This document shows positions 55,419-64,000 of a DNA stretch of 64,000 nucleotides, in pieces. The translations under genes were made by a program, and so were the position numbers. Location: contig CALWEA010000006.1 in assembly GCA_944376905.1 (NCBI GenBank), positions 3,563 through 67,562 on the forward strand, given 5' to 3'. Under the pieces are notes generated by a model. It was given only the letters and a program-made list of their open reading frames with translations. It had not been told where the DNA came from and made no database searches. The first letter of the stretch is position 1. Every line of letters begins with the position of its first letter. This stretch comes from an uncultured Clostridia bacterium (lineage in GTDB: Bacteria > Bacillota > Clostridia > Christensenellales > UBA1242).

Positions 55419-56812
55419 TTACATCTCAAAATCTTTTTCTTTTTTACGCTTTCTTTCTTGACGTTCTTCCATAAGTTTTTGTAGCATATCATCAAATTCT
55501 TCATCTGTCATATCTTTAACAAGTTTTTCTTTTCGTTCTTCAATAACTTCTTCTCTTATGTTTTGGTCAATTAACATTTGTTCTTCTTTAACTTTTTCAT
55601 TAAACTTTTCTGTTGTTTGCCTTACATATTCACTATCCACAGAGTTATATACTGTGATTGTAGTTTTTACATCACGATGTCCTAAAAGTTGTTGGATAAC
55701 CTTTGGATTTTCGTTCATCTCAAATAACATATTAGAAAAAGTATGTCTTAATCCGTGAAATCCAATGTGATATTTCTTCAAATCATTTCTTTTCTTAAAT
55801 CTATCAAATATCTTTTTTGTTCCTGAATAACTTCTAACAGAGCCATCATCGTTAGCAAATATAAAAGAAGTCCTAGATATTAAATCTCCTGTGACTTCTT
55901 TATTTGTGTTTTGTCTTAATATTTGCTTTTCTCGCCATTGTTTTAAAGTTTCAACAACTATGTCTGCTATCGGTATTTCTCGGACACTACAAGTAGTTTT
56001 TGTGTCTCCGACGATAGTTACACGACTTGTTACCTTACCATCACTATCAAACTTTGGTTCTTGCGTAATTGCTTGTTCAACTTTTAACGTTTTGTTTGCA
56101 AAGTCAACATTTTCCCATTTTAGAGCAAGTGCTTCGCCAATACGAAGTCCAGAGAACATTAAGCAAATGCAAAGCGGTTTTATGAAATTAGCTTCATCTT
56201 TATTTAATGCTTCCAAAAATTTAGTTCTCACTTCGGGCGGTAGTGCCTTATATTTTTCTTTCTTGTTTGGAGCTTTGTCTTTTGTTCGTATTTGTACTTT
56301 TTTAGGGTAGGATTAACTGATACCCATTTGTTATCTATTGCATATTCAAAGAATTGACTTATCATATGCTTGTTTTTCTTTATTGTATTATTGCTATACT
56401 TTTCATCAATAAGTTTGTTTATCACTTTTTGAATTACAAAAGTATCTATATCATAAATTTTCATATTGCCAATTTGTGGCTCTATGTGTAATCTAAAATT
56501 TCTCATAATACCTTCAAAAGTTCTTCCTGTGACCGAACTTTTTTTAAACACCAATAACCAATCTGTCATTAGTTCTCCAAAACTCTTACTTTCAACTAGT
56601 TCATAAGAATTGCTTTTAATTCTACCGCTAACTTCGGCGAGTTTTTTAGCAACTTCGGTTTGACTATTTCCATATACTGTCTTTTTCTTTTGTTGACCTT
56701 TATCATCATATCCAACAGTTATACTGCCAACCCATTTGCCATCACTTTTTCTTTGAAAGATACTTCCTTCATTATTACTTCTTCTAATTTTTGACTGAGT
56801 TCTTTTAACCAT
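55419..56812 (-). pseudogene. Tyrosine integrase of E3 split by a frameshift in a homopolymer
   Basis: The 194-aa and 270-aa ORFs together align with the full-length paralogs. The frames diverge at the A6 run (plus-strand T6 at 56298-56303), and a 7th A restores ...NPTLKKVQIRTKDKAPNKKEKYKALPPEVRTKFLEALNKDE. Confidence 0.8.
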
Positions 56813-57071
56813 TCTTCGCCTCGCTTGTATTGTTATTCAATGTCATCCAAGTCACAAAGTTAAGAACACTTACTACTTGTCTTTTACCAACTTTTGTGGT
56901 AGGAAAATTTTTACTTCTCATCAAATTTCTAACGTTATCTCTTCCAAGACCTGTAATCTTAATTAGGTCTTCACAATCAAGAAAATCTTTATTGTATTTA
57001 GTTGTTAAACGGTCAACTTCCGATTTTATTAAGTTGTCAATATTAAGTTGTTTGTTATCATTAATAATCAT
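56805..57071 (-). CDS. Excisionase-like HTH protein (E3)
   Basis: Paralog of 26050-26304, with the ATGGTTAA overlap with the int start. Confidence 0.7.
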   Translation of the reverse strand: MIINDNKQLNIDNLIKSEVDRLTTKYNKDFLDCEDLIKITGLGRDNVRNLMRSKNFPTTKVGKRQVVSVLNFVTWMTLNNNTSEAKNG

Positions 57072-57228
57072 TTAATTCTCCTCATAAATTTAAATCTTTG
57101 TGTTCTATTAAGTTGTAATTTTCTATTCTAAATTTTTGAGAAAGAATGTTCTTCTTTCTGCTTTTCTATTCCTAATATCTTCTGTAGCTTTAAGCATAAG
57201 AAGTCGGCAGCTTACTGCCATAAAACGA

Positions 57229-57363
57229 AAATGGGTATTCCCATTTGTCGTAAAGATAAGGAAGAAAACAATAGATGCAGTTTTGTAGCATATAAAAAAG
57301 TCCTATTTTATAGGGCTTTTGGCTACTTTAAACTATAATCTATGTTTCTTCCGCTTATCCTGT
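57229..57363. promoter_or_regulatory. Conserved noncoding block (hairpin AAATGGG-TATT-CCCATTT; 20-mer GTTTCTTCCGCTTATCCTGT)
   Basis: Counterpart of the E1 and E2 blocks. Confidence 0.6.
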
Positions 57364-57404
57364 TTGATTAAAACTCTAAAAATGAGTCGTTTTGCATACA
57401 CTTT

Positions 57405-58637
57405 TTACATCTCAAAACCACCATATTCTTTAGCCAATTTTTGCTTTTCTCGGTCAGATTGAATTCTATAATACTCTTGCTGTTTAGCATAAGCTTCGCT
57501 TTGCTTTTGACGATATATAAAGTTCTTAATTTCCATCTCATCGCACTTCGCATAATATTCAAGTAAATCCAAAAGTTTGTCCCATTCTCGTTGTCGCATT
57601 GCTTTCTTGTAAGCTTTGTATTGAGCAGTTTTAATATCTAGTTTTTCAAGTTCATCGTGCAGTTTTCCAAGTTCAATAGCAGTGTTGATTGTTATATTTC
57701 CAAGTCGTCTAAATAGGTCTTTTTTATAGTTAGAACCTTCTTTGTAATTTCGTTCATCTTTCCATTCTTCAAACTTTTTAAGTGCGTTTTCAAACTCCCA
57801 ATAAGTATCTCTTGTTTGGGTGTTTTTGGTTAAGATAAACTCGGTTACTCCGTCAACATCTTTTTTAACTCTTAACATATTTTCGCTATCGTAAGAATGT
57901 CTACCGTCTTTTGGTAGGATAGTGTAAAGATTTAAAAGTAATCGCTTTAATTTTCTTGCCATATCAGTTCTACTCATTAAAGCATTGTAAGAATAAAGCA
58001 TATCTTTTCTTGCTTTAAGTATTTGAGCTGTTGGCTTGGTTAGTGCTTTTTCAAATGTAAATTTTGTTGCAATTAGTAGGTCTTTTGAAATAGTGCCAGA
58101 GTGATATTTTAACTTTCCACCATTGTCAAAATATAATGGCTCCTTTTCAAAAAATGAGATATGAATATGTTTGTTTTCGGTGTTCTCGTGAAGTCCTGCA
58201 TACCAAACAATATTGTCGCTATATAATCCAGCTCTATTAAAAAACTTTGGAAGTTCTTTCTTTAAGAATTTATATGCTTGGTCATAATCTCGACAATATT
58301 CATCTCCAAAGTTTTCCCTAAAAGAAATTATCATATCCCAAATAACACTTTGAGTTGTTTGTAGTTGGTGCCTTAAATCTAACTTTTGTTCATCATTAAG
58401 TAATCCATCTTGGTTAAATGCTCCAAATGATTTTTCTTTGTTGGCTATATATTGCTCGTAATCGGAAGATACATTTTCACTTGCTCCTGTGTGAACATAG
58501 TTAAGATAACTATAACTATCTTGACAACTAACAAAATCTCTGTGTTCTGCCATTTCGGGATTGTCAGTGTAATGTTCTTTTGTTTGGTAAAATCTCAACT
58601 TAACAATTACATTATTGGTCTGTGGTTCGTTTGTCAT
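57405..58637 (-). CDS. Relaxase-like mobilization protein (E3)
   Basis: WYAGLHENTENKHIHISFFEK; ends in GFEM. Confidence 0.65.
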   Translation of the reverse strand: MTNEPQTNNVIVKLRFYQTKEHYTDNPEMAEHRDFVSCQDSYSYLNYVHTGASENVSSDYEQYIANKEKSFGAFNQDGLLNDEQKLDLRHQLQTTQSVIWDMIISFRENFGDEYCRDYDQAYKFLKKELPKFFNRAGLYSDNIVWYAGLHENTENKHIHISFFEKEPLYFDNGGKLKYHSGTISKDLLIATKFTFEKALTKPTAQILKARKDMLYSYNALMSRTDMARKLKRLLLNLYTILPKDGRHSYDSENMLRVKKDVDGVTEFILTKNTQTRDTYWEFENALKKFEEWKDERNYKEGSNYKKDLFRRLGNITINTAIELGKLHDELEKLDIKTAQYKAYKKAMRQREWDKLLDLLEYYAKCDEMEIKNFIYRQKQSEAYAKQQEYYRIQSDREKQKLAKEYGGFEM

Positions 58638-58863
58638 TATTTACCTTTTCCCATATAGCAGAAGTAGTGTCTTCAATTTGGTCTAGCAGTTCCATAATTT
58701 GGTCATCACGATTTTCTTTAAAAGCATACGACTTTAATACTGCATTAAGAAATTCATTAACACTTTCAAACTTTGTCATATCATACATCTCTTGTAATTT
58801 TTCTAGTAGCCTTACGTCTTTAAGGCGTAGGGTATTTACTGGTTTTATTGTATCCGATTTCAT
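58612..58863 (-). CDS. RHH-type relaxosome accessory protein (E3)
   Basis: MKSDTIKPVNTLRLKDVRLLEKLQEMY... is a paralog of the E1 and E2 proteins. AAAGGAG SD precedes ATG 58863. A 9-aa C-terminal extension overlaps the relaxase start. Confidence 0.55.
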   Translation of the reverse strand: MKSDTIKPVNTLRLKDVRLLEKLQEMYDMTKFESVNEFLNAVLKSYAFKENRDDQIMELLDQIEDTTSAIWEKVNNDKRTTDQ

Positions 58864-58971
58864 TAATTCTCCTTTCAAGTAATATTTTTGTTGGTATTTC
58901 TATGATTTTGTTTTTATGTTTTGTTTTCTTTAACTAATACCTCCTTTTAATAAATTTTTTCACAACAAAAA

Positions 58972-58996
58972 AGAAACCTCGGTGGATAAGATTTCT
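58972..58996. promoter_or_regulatory. Conserved hairpin AGAAACCT-CGGTGGATA-AGATTTCT
   Basis: Third copy of the CGGYGGATA-loop hairpin. One stem position is mismatched. Confidence 0.65.
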
Positions 58997-59155
58997 TTTA
59001 GTTCTTTCTATATTTAGTTTTGGTTAACAAAGAAAAATGCCTATTAACAATAAGGGCAATTTTATCTTCTTTTCCCCCTCATACATATAGGTTTTTTCCA
59101 GGTTTTTGCATCGGTTTTCGATGTCGTTTTTTACAACATTTTGTTAATAGACATT

Positions 59156-59186
59156 AAAAAAGCCCGAGAATATCGGGCTAAAAAAT
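59156..59186 (-). terminator. Rho-independent terminator (AGCCCGA/TCGGGCT) flanked by A- and T-runs
   Basis: Lies just downstream of the minus-strand 331-aa gene. It looks bidirectional. Confidence 0.6.
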
Positions 59187-59235
59187 TTTTAAAAAATTTT
59201 TGAAGTTTTGTCCCAAAAGTGTTAATTTTAGGTTT

Positions 59236-60231
59236 CTATTTCACCCCTAAAATATTTTTTGAGATGAAATGGATACCTTTATTAGTTCCATATTGCTTTA
59301 TTCTTCTTGGGGCGACATTTAAAGTTATCCACCTGTAGTTTTTCTTTGGAGTATAGCACTTATCTAATTCAACAAAAGAGAAATACAACTTTTCTTCCCA
59401 TCGCTCAGGTTTATCAGTTAAACCATCTTGATATTTCCCTTTGCAAACATAAGAATTAACTATTCCATAAAACTTTCCATCAATTTTTGTATCTTTTCCA
59501 AATATTACATTAAGAAAGGCAAGTGTGGTATTATCACATTCTTTTGTAGATTTTATTCTTCTATAAGGCAAGTCAAATGTAAAATCACTTATATTAAATT
59601 TCCCACGTACAACAAGTTTTTCATCATAATCCGTATAAGTTAGTATATAATACTTACCATTTTCTTTGGCAACAAAAATGTTATAAGCAATTTTATCTCC
59701 AGTATATTCAAAATCTTTTTCTTTTTCCAAATTTACTATGTAAGAGTTTTTTGTTTGTCTGTTTAAGTATGTTTTATTTATTTGTCTTGTTATATAGTCA
59801 TTATCTATTAAATATTTTAAATCACTTTGAATTGTCCTTTCGGTAACTGCAAATTTCCAAGCTAAATCTCTAACCAAAACCTTTCTACCTTTAAGATATT
59901 TAAGATAAGCATATAACTTTTTTCTTCTTAATTCTCGTGTAAAAATACATTTAATGGGTCTTTCAAAAACTTGTTCTTCTTCATCTTCTTCAACATCGTC
60001 ATAATCATTAAGGCAACCATATTCATCTTTGTCTTCATAAACCAAAGACTCTAATTTTTTATAGTCATAATATCTTCTAACGCCTCGTTGACCTTTCAAA
60101 TAGGTCTTGTTGCGTTCTTTCTTTTCTTTAAGTTTTTCAGCAAGTTCTTCCTGTCTCTGTTGTAAAATTATTTGTCTTTCATAAGGGTCTCTAAAATCTA
60201 AACCATCTTCATTAATATACATACTTATCAT
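59236..60231 (-). CDS. DeoR/HTH_11-type DNA-binding protein with acidic N-terminal region and unassigned C-terminal domain
   Basis: VLVRDLAWKFAVTERTIQSDLKYLIDNDYITRQ is a winged-HTH signature. Confidence 0.5.
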   Translation of the reverse strand: MISMYINEDGLDFRDPYERQIILQQRQEELAEKLKEKKERNKTYLKGQRGVRRYYDYKKLESLVYEDKDEYGCLNDYDDVEEDEEEQVFERPIKCIFTRELRRKKLYAYLKYLKGRKVLVRDLAWKFAVTERTIQSDLKYLIDNDYITRQINKTYLNRQTKNSYIVNLEKEKDFEYTGDKIAYNIFVAKENGKYYILTYTDYDEKLVVRGKFNISDFTFDLPYRRIKSTKECDNTTLAFLNVIFGKDTKIDGKFYGIVNSYVCKGKYQDGLTDKPERWEEKLYFSFVELDKCYTPKKNYRWITLNVAPRRIKQYGTNKGIHFISKNILGVK

Positions 60232-60330
60232 AACCTTTTACCCAATTATATCACAAAGAAAACAAAATTGTTGGAGTTTTGACAAAAGATTACAAAAAAA
60301 CACCCAATCATTTAAGATTGTGTGTCCTTG

Positions 60331-60834
60331 CTAAATTTTTGGTATTACAGAGTGATTATCTAGAGAATGTTTTGATAAATCCCATCTGCCAACCTTAATC
60401 TTTTTAATTTTTTTCCCAGAACCGAAATCTAACAAATCTTCTCTATTTAATATTTTTAAAACTTTGTCTAAACTTCCTAAACCAGCAGAAGATAATAGGT
60501 AAGCTTCTTCAGGGTCACATAATTTACAATATATTTGAAGCTGTCCTAAATTTTGCAAATTAAGTTGTGTTTTCTTTGCTTCTATAAAATATATTTCTGC
60601 TTTGTTATCCCAAATAACCATACCTAAAACATCAATTTCAATTTTTAATCCAACTACTTGTGGATAATATTTTATTATTCCATATTTCTCTAAAACAGAA
60701 TCTAAATAGACAGAATGACAGTCAACAACTATAATTTTGCATTTTTTACCTTTATATTTATCTTTAAGATATGTATCTAACCATACTGTCATTTCCGCAT
60801 ATAGTTCAACTTCTTTTGCTACATTATTCGCCAT
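60331..60834 (-). CDS. Small PD-(D/E)xK-like protein (candidate nuclease subunit)
   Basis: VIWDNKAEIYFIEAKKT fits D-x9-E-x-K. ATG 60834 overlaps the end of the upstream gene by 11 nt. Confidence 0.4.
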   Translation of the reverse strand: MANNVAKEVELYAEMTVWLDTYLKDKYKGKKCKIIVVDCHSVYLDSVLEKYGIIKYYPQVVGLKIEIDVLGMVIWDNKAEIYFIEAKKTQLNLQNLGQLQIYCKLCDPEEAYLLSSAGLGSLDKVLKILNREDLLDFGSGKKIKKIKVGRWDLSKHSLDNHSVIPKI

Positions 60835-61696
60835 AACCCAATTCCTTTGCCAATTCTGTCCAAGATTCATAATGTTTACCTCTAATACTCAAAGGTAAAG
60901 ATTCGTCATTTTCCATAGGGTGTGTAGGTTTTTCTTTTCTTCTAATTGTTTTTTGCCAATAAAATTGATGTGTTTTTTCTTCATCTAAATAATCTAATAA
61001 TTCATCAGCATATCTTTCTAAAGCTCTTTGCTTATGAACAATATTAAATCCAATAGGTAAAAACTCATTAGCCCAAATTTTAACTTGATGTTCTTTTTTC
61101 CAATAGTATGGTTTACCTTCGTTATATTTCTTTAAATTAGAATCTCGGAAATTTGGATGACCAAAATCAATTGTTTGGACAGGTATATCTAAATCTTTTA
61201 ACATATTTGCTATATCTATTACCATTTGCCAATTGCCCGGAATTTCAATATAAACCCTATGGCAACCGTCTTGACCAAAAGCAATATTGCTTTTTCGAAT
61301 ATAACCAGTTACATCTGCAATTCCTCTTAATAATTCTTTCTTTTCGTCTGTTTTCATTCCAAATAATTCATCGTTCATTGTCATTGTTGAGTGATGTACG
61401 CCATTTCCAATAAATCTTAAAATTTCTCGCATTGTATAATCTGCATTTGGCATTGTAAATGAAAACTGTGTAGCCCTCTTTGTTTGAGATATAGGTAATG
61501 AATAACCAATTAAAGGTTCAACAATTCCTCTAATGTCAGCCAAACTGCTTTTTACATATACCGAAACCTCTCGTCCCTCATCATCAATTAAATTCTTATG
61601 AGGTAATTCAACTGTAATTGTTGTAGTGTCTGATTTCCTTTGAACTTCTCCATTGCCTAAAATCATACCTATCAAATAAGCCATTTGTGTATTCAT
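60824..61696 (-). CDS. Protein with two degenerate LAGLIDADG-like helices; function unknown
   Basis: AYLIGMILGNGE and LLRGIADVTGY are spaced about 110 aa apart as in single-chain LAGLIDADG folds, but the canonical acidic residues are N and T. The start overlaps the methyltransferase stop (TAATG). Confidence 0.4.
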   Translation of the reverse strand: MNTQMAYLIGMILGNGEVQRKSDTTTITVELPHKNLIDDEGREVSVYVKSSLADIRGIVEPLIGYSLPISQTKRATQFSFTMPNADYTMREILRFIGNGVHHSTMTMNDELFGMKTDEKKELLRGIADVTGYIRKSNIAFGQDGCHRVYIEIPGNWQMVIDIANMLKDLDIPVQTIDFGHPNFRDSNLKKYNEGKPYYWKKEHQVKIWANEFLPIGFNIVHKQRALERYADELLDYLDEEKTHQFYWQKTIRRKEKPTHPMENDESLPLSIRGKHYESWTELAKELGYGE

Positions 61697-63825
61697 TAGT
61701 TTTCATCTCCTTCGTTTTTATTATTAGATAAAGTTTTATAAATTTGATCAGCAATCGCCTTTGCCATTAATGGGGGAACAGCGTTTCCTATTTGTGTTCT
61801 AACAGCTACTTTTGTTCCGTAAAAAATAAAATTATCATCAAAAGATTGTAATCTTGCAGCCTCTCTTGGTGTTATAGCTCTATTTAAAAATGGGTGATTA
61901 TTGGTTCCATTAGAAGCGGCGTCAAATCTAGTATCTATTGTTGGCGAAGGTTCATCCCATTTTAATCGCCCCCAAGTTGAATGAAATTTTTGTTTTCCCA
62001 ATAATTCTTTTGGAAGATATTCTTTACCTTTTTCAGGTGGAATCATCTTCAATTTGTCTATTGCAATTTTTGCATGATTTGAGGCTTTGTGATTATATAA
62101 TTTTTCTGAATCTTTCCTCATTTCTTTTTGATATTTAGATTTTGCTATATTTTTATAATTTTGTTCAAAATCTCCTTCATTAGCTTCTAAATATGCTAAA
62201 TCTTCTATGGCCTCACGAACGGTAGTAGGCTTACTTACGGTAGGCAACGGGAGCGTTATCTTATTGCTTTTACAACAAATAAATATAGTTCTTTCTCTCG
62301 TTTGTGGAACACCAAAATCTGTTGCTTTAAGAACGCCAACATCTACCTTATATCCCAACTTTTCAATAGCTGATACAATTTCGTTTTTAAACCAACCATT
62401 AGATGTTGATAAAAGCGCCTTAACATTTTCAATTACAAAAACTTCAGGTTGTAGTTTCTCAACTAAATTAAGATATTCTACAAACAAGAAGTTTCTTGGG
62501 TCTTCTAATCCTAGTTTCTTGCCTTTTAATGAAAATCCTTGGCAAGGTGGTCCACCGATTATCATATTGACGCCATTTTTTCTAGACAATTCAACCACTT
62601 TATCTTTTATTGTTGTATTCTTGATATCTCCAACAACAACATCTACTTCTGGCATATTTTTCTTTAAAGATTCTGCTAGTTTTTCATCAATATCTAATGC
62701 CACAACTGTTTTAAAATGTGGGTTTTGGTGCATTCCATAAGACATTCCACCGGCTCCACAAAATAAGTCTAAAATCTTAAATTGTTTTTCATCTAACATA
62801 CATTTCTTGTTTCTGATTAATATCCTTTTAAATAATTCTTTACCATTAATTGTTGGTTTAAATAAATCAAATTCATTATCAGACCCGTGATTTGCTTCTC
62901 CAACTATTTCAAATTGTTCTTCATTATGATATTTTAAATAAGTAAGAGGAACACCCATAATTCCTGCATAATCTTTTGGTATGTCCATAACCTTTGATAC
63001 ATTAATTGCATCATAATTATCAAACTTTGGATATTGTTTAGGGTTATAATAAGAAGTAAGTTCCAGTTTTAAATGCTTTCTTTCAGTGTCCAAATTTGTT
63101 AACCACATTGCATTTCCTAAACTTCGCCATTTTTGGCCGTTTTCATCAACCCAATATCTAGTTTCTCTTGGTTGAGTATCGTTAGGGACTTTAAATGCCA
63201 TATCTCCAAATCTATAACCAATCCAAGCTTCACCACTTTTTATCATTGGAAAAACTTCTTTGTATGTTATGGCGTTTTGATTTCCAATAATCAAATATTT
63301 TTTATTATGTTTAATAAGAAGTGAAAACAATTCGGTGAATTTTGAAAAAGGTGGATTTGTAACAACAATGTCTGCTTCTTTTAAGTACTCAATACATTCG
63401 TCGCTACGAAAATCACCATCACCTTTTAACTTTTTAACTAGTCTTTTACTTTTTAGAAAATTTAATATTTTATCGTCACTTATTTCTTTTTCTTCTTTGA
63501 TGTCTATTTCATTTACAATCATTACATACGCATAATTCTTATCCAAAATTAAATCATCGTTATCTTTCAAATTGAACTCATCAACAATTCTAGAACCTTT
63601 GTATGATGTACATATTAATCTTTTTAACTTTAAAACATTAAAGTTTTTTAAGAAGTAATTAGCGAATGCTGATTTATAAGGATCATCACAATTACATAAA
63701 ACTATTTTATTACAAAATTGGTCTACATAATGAGATAATTCTTCTTCAACTGTTTTATAATCGGTATACCATTCATCAGTATTTTCCGAATATCGTGCTT
63801 TGTTCAATATCGAATTACCTTTCAT
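61696..63825 (-). CDS. Fused DNA methyltransferase: N-terminal N6-adenine (EcoRI-methylase-like, NPPF) plus C-terminal C5-cytosine (Dcm-type)
   Basis: N-terminal half carries DIVVTNPPFSKF. C-terminal half carries ILDLFCGAGGMSYG, GGPPCQGFS, FVIENVKAL, QTRERTIF and GNAVPP. AAAGGAG SD lies 8 nt before ATG 63825; the ORF-track TTG at 63879 is unlikely. Confidence 0.85.
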   Translation of the reverse strand: MKGNSILNKARYSENTDEWYTDYKTVEEELSHYVDQFCNKIVLCNCDDPYKSAFANYFLKNFNVLKLKRLICTSYKGSRIVDEFNLKDNDDLILDKNYAYVMIVNEIDIKEEKEISDDKILNFLKSKRLVKKLKGDGDFRSDECIEYLKEADIVVTNPPFSKFTELFSLLIKHNKKYLIIGNQNAITYKEVFPMIKSGEAWIGYRFGDMAFKVPNDTQPRETRYWVDENGQKWRSLGNAMWLTNLDTERKHLKLELTSYYNPKQYPKFDNYDAINVSKVMDIPKDYAGIMGVPLTYLKYHNEEQFEIVGEANHGSDNEFDLFKPTINGKELFKRILIRNKKCMLDEKQFKILDLFCGAGGMSYGMHQNPHFKTVVALDIDEKLAESLKKNMPEVDVVVGDIKNTTIKDKVVELSRKNGVNMIIGGPPCQGFSLKGKKLGLEDPRNFLFVEYLNLVEKLQPEVFVIENVKALLSTSNGWFKNEIVSAIEKLGYKVDVGVLKATDFGVPQTRERTIFICCKSNKITLPLPTVSKPTTVREAIEDLAYLEANEGDFEQNYKNIAKSKYQKEMRKDSEKLYNHKASNHAKIAIDKLKMIPPEKGKEYLPKELLGKQKFHSTWGRLKWDEPSPTIDTRFDAASNGTNNHPFLNRAITPREAARLQSFDDNFIFYGTKVAVRTQIGNAVPPLMAKAIADQIYKTLSNNKNEGDEN

Positions 63826-63917
63826 TCGAATTGCTCCTTTTATATACTTTCCATTTAAGTATAACATACTTTTTGTCAAATTGTGTTGTTATTTCAAAAC
63901 TTTATAAAAATATTTAT

Positions 63918-63942
63918 AAAAAATGAAGAACAAGCTGTTCTT
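63918..63942 (-). terminator. Terminator hairpin (AAGAACA-AGC-TGTTCTT) with a T-run on the minus strand
   Basis: Lies between the stop of the partial upstream gene and the methyltransferase gene. Confidence 0.5.
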
Positions 63943-63945
63943 TAT

Positions 63946-64000
63946 TTATATTTCATTATTCTTTTTGATAAATTCATAAACTTTTTCAGTAAGAATTTGA
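63946..64000 (-). CDS. 3' end of an unidentified minus-strand CDS entering from the right edge (...QILTEKVYEFIKKNNEI*)
   Basis: An open frame ends at TAA (63948-63946) and is followed by the terminator. Only 18 codons are visible. Confidence 0.3.
   Translation of the reverse strand, partial: QILTEKVYEFIKKNNEI

Larger units (their letters stand above)
53261..64000. mobile_element. E3: integrative mobilizable element; right end lies beyond the window
   Basis: tRNA-Thr, GTAGGTACA arm repeats, cargo, frameshifted int, xis, relaxase, RHH, HTH regulator and an RM-like operon. No matching right-end arm repeats occur before 64000. Confidence 0.6.

Overview
This is a very AT-rich bacterial chromosome segment with the look of low-GC Bacillota or a Mollicutes-like gut lineage. 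It uses the standard genetic code, because TGA, TAG and TAA all terminate aligned paralogs. Positions 1-23.4 kb are ordinary backbone. They carry a hotdog thioesterase, a processive GT2 synthase, an ABC-type operon whose ATPase is fused to a large membrane domain, two lipoproteins, a YnbB-like PLP enzyme, a PnuC-like transporter, a collagen-like/beta-helix protein, an OYE-type flavin reductase and a 1359-aa SF1 helicase-nuclease. From 23.45 kb to the right edge the window is a tRNA-Thr(GGU) integration hotspot holding three related integrative mobilizable elements stacked head-to-tail. E1 spans about 23.6-42.0 kb and is composite, E2 spans 42.0-53.1 kb, and E3 runs from 53.3 kb past 64 kb. Each element is built from the same backbone of arm-type repeats, a tyrosine integrase, an Xis-like HTH protein, a His-triad relaxase and an RHH protein. 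Each carries different defence-type cargo: an orphan 270-aa gene, an MmeI-like enzyme coupled to a HEPN-like protein, a three-gene cluster with a degenerate Fic protein, an ABC-ATPase/DUF4435 fusion, and a restriction-modification-like operon with a fused N6A+C5 methyltransferase and a degenerate LAGLIDADG-like protein. The observations most worth follow-up are these. All seven integrases and relaxases share a C-terminal (F/Y)EM tail. The arm-site repeats differ between elements inside an otherwise conserved att scaffold. A cargo slot lies between attL and int. Several conserved or covarying hairpins flank the mobilization modules. Three lesions are visible: an in-frame TAG, a homopolymer frameshift in one integrase, and a truncated phosphoketolase. 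All calls come from reading the sequence and translations by eye; no database search was run.
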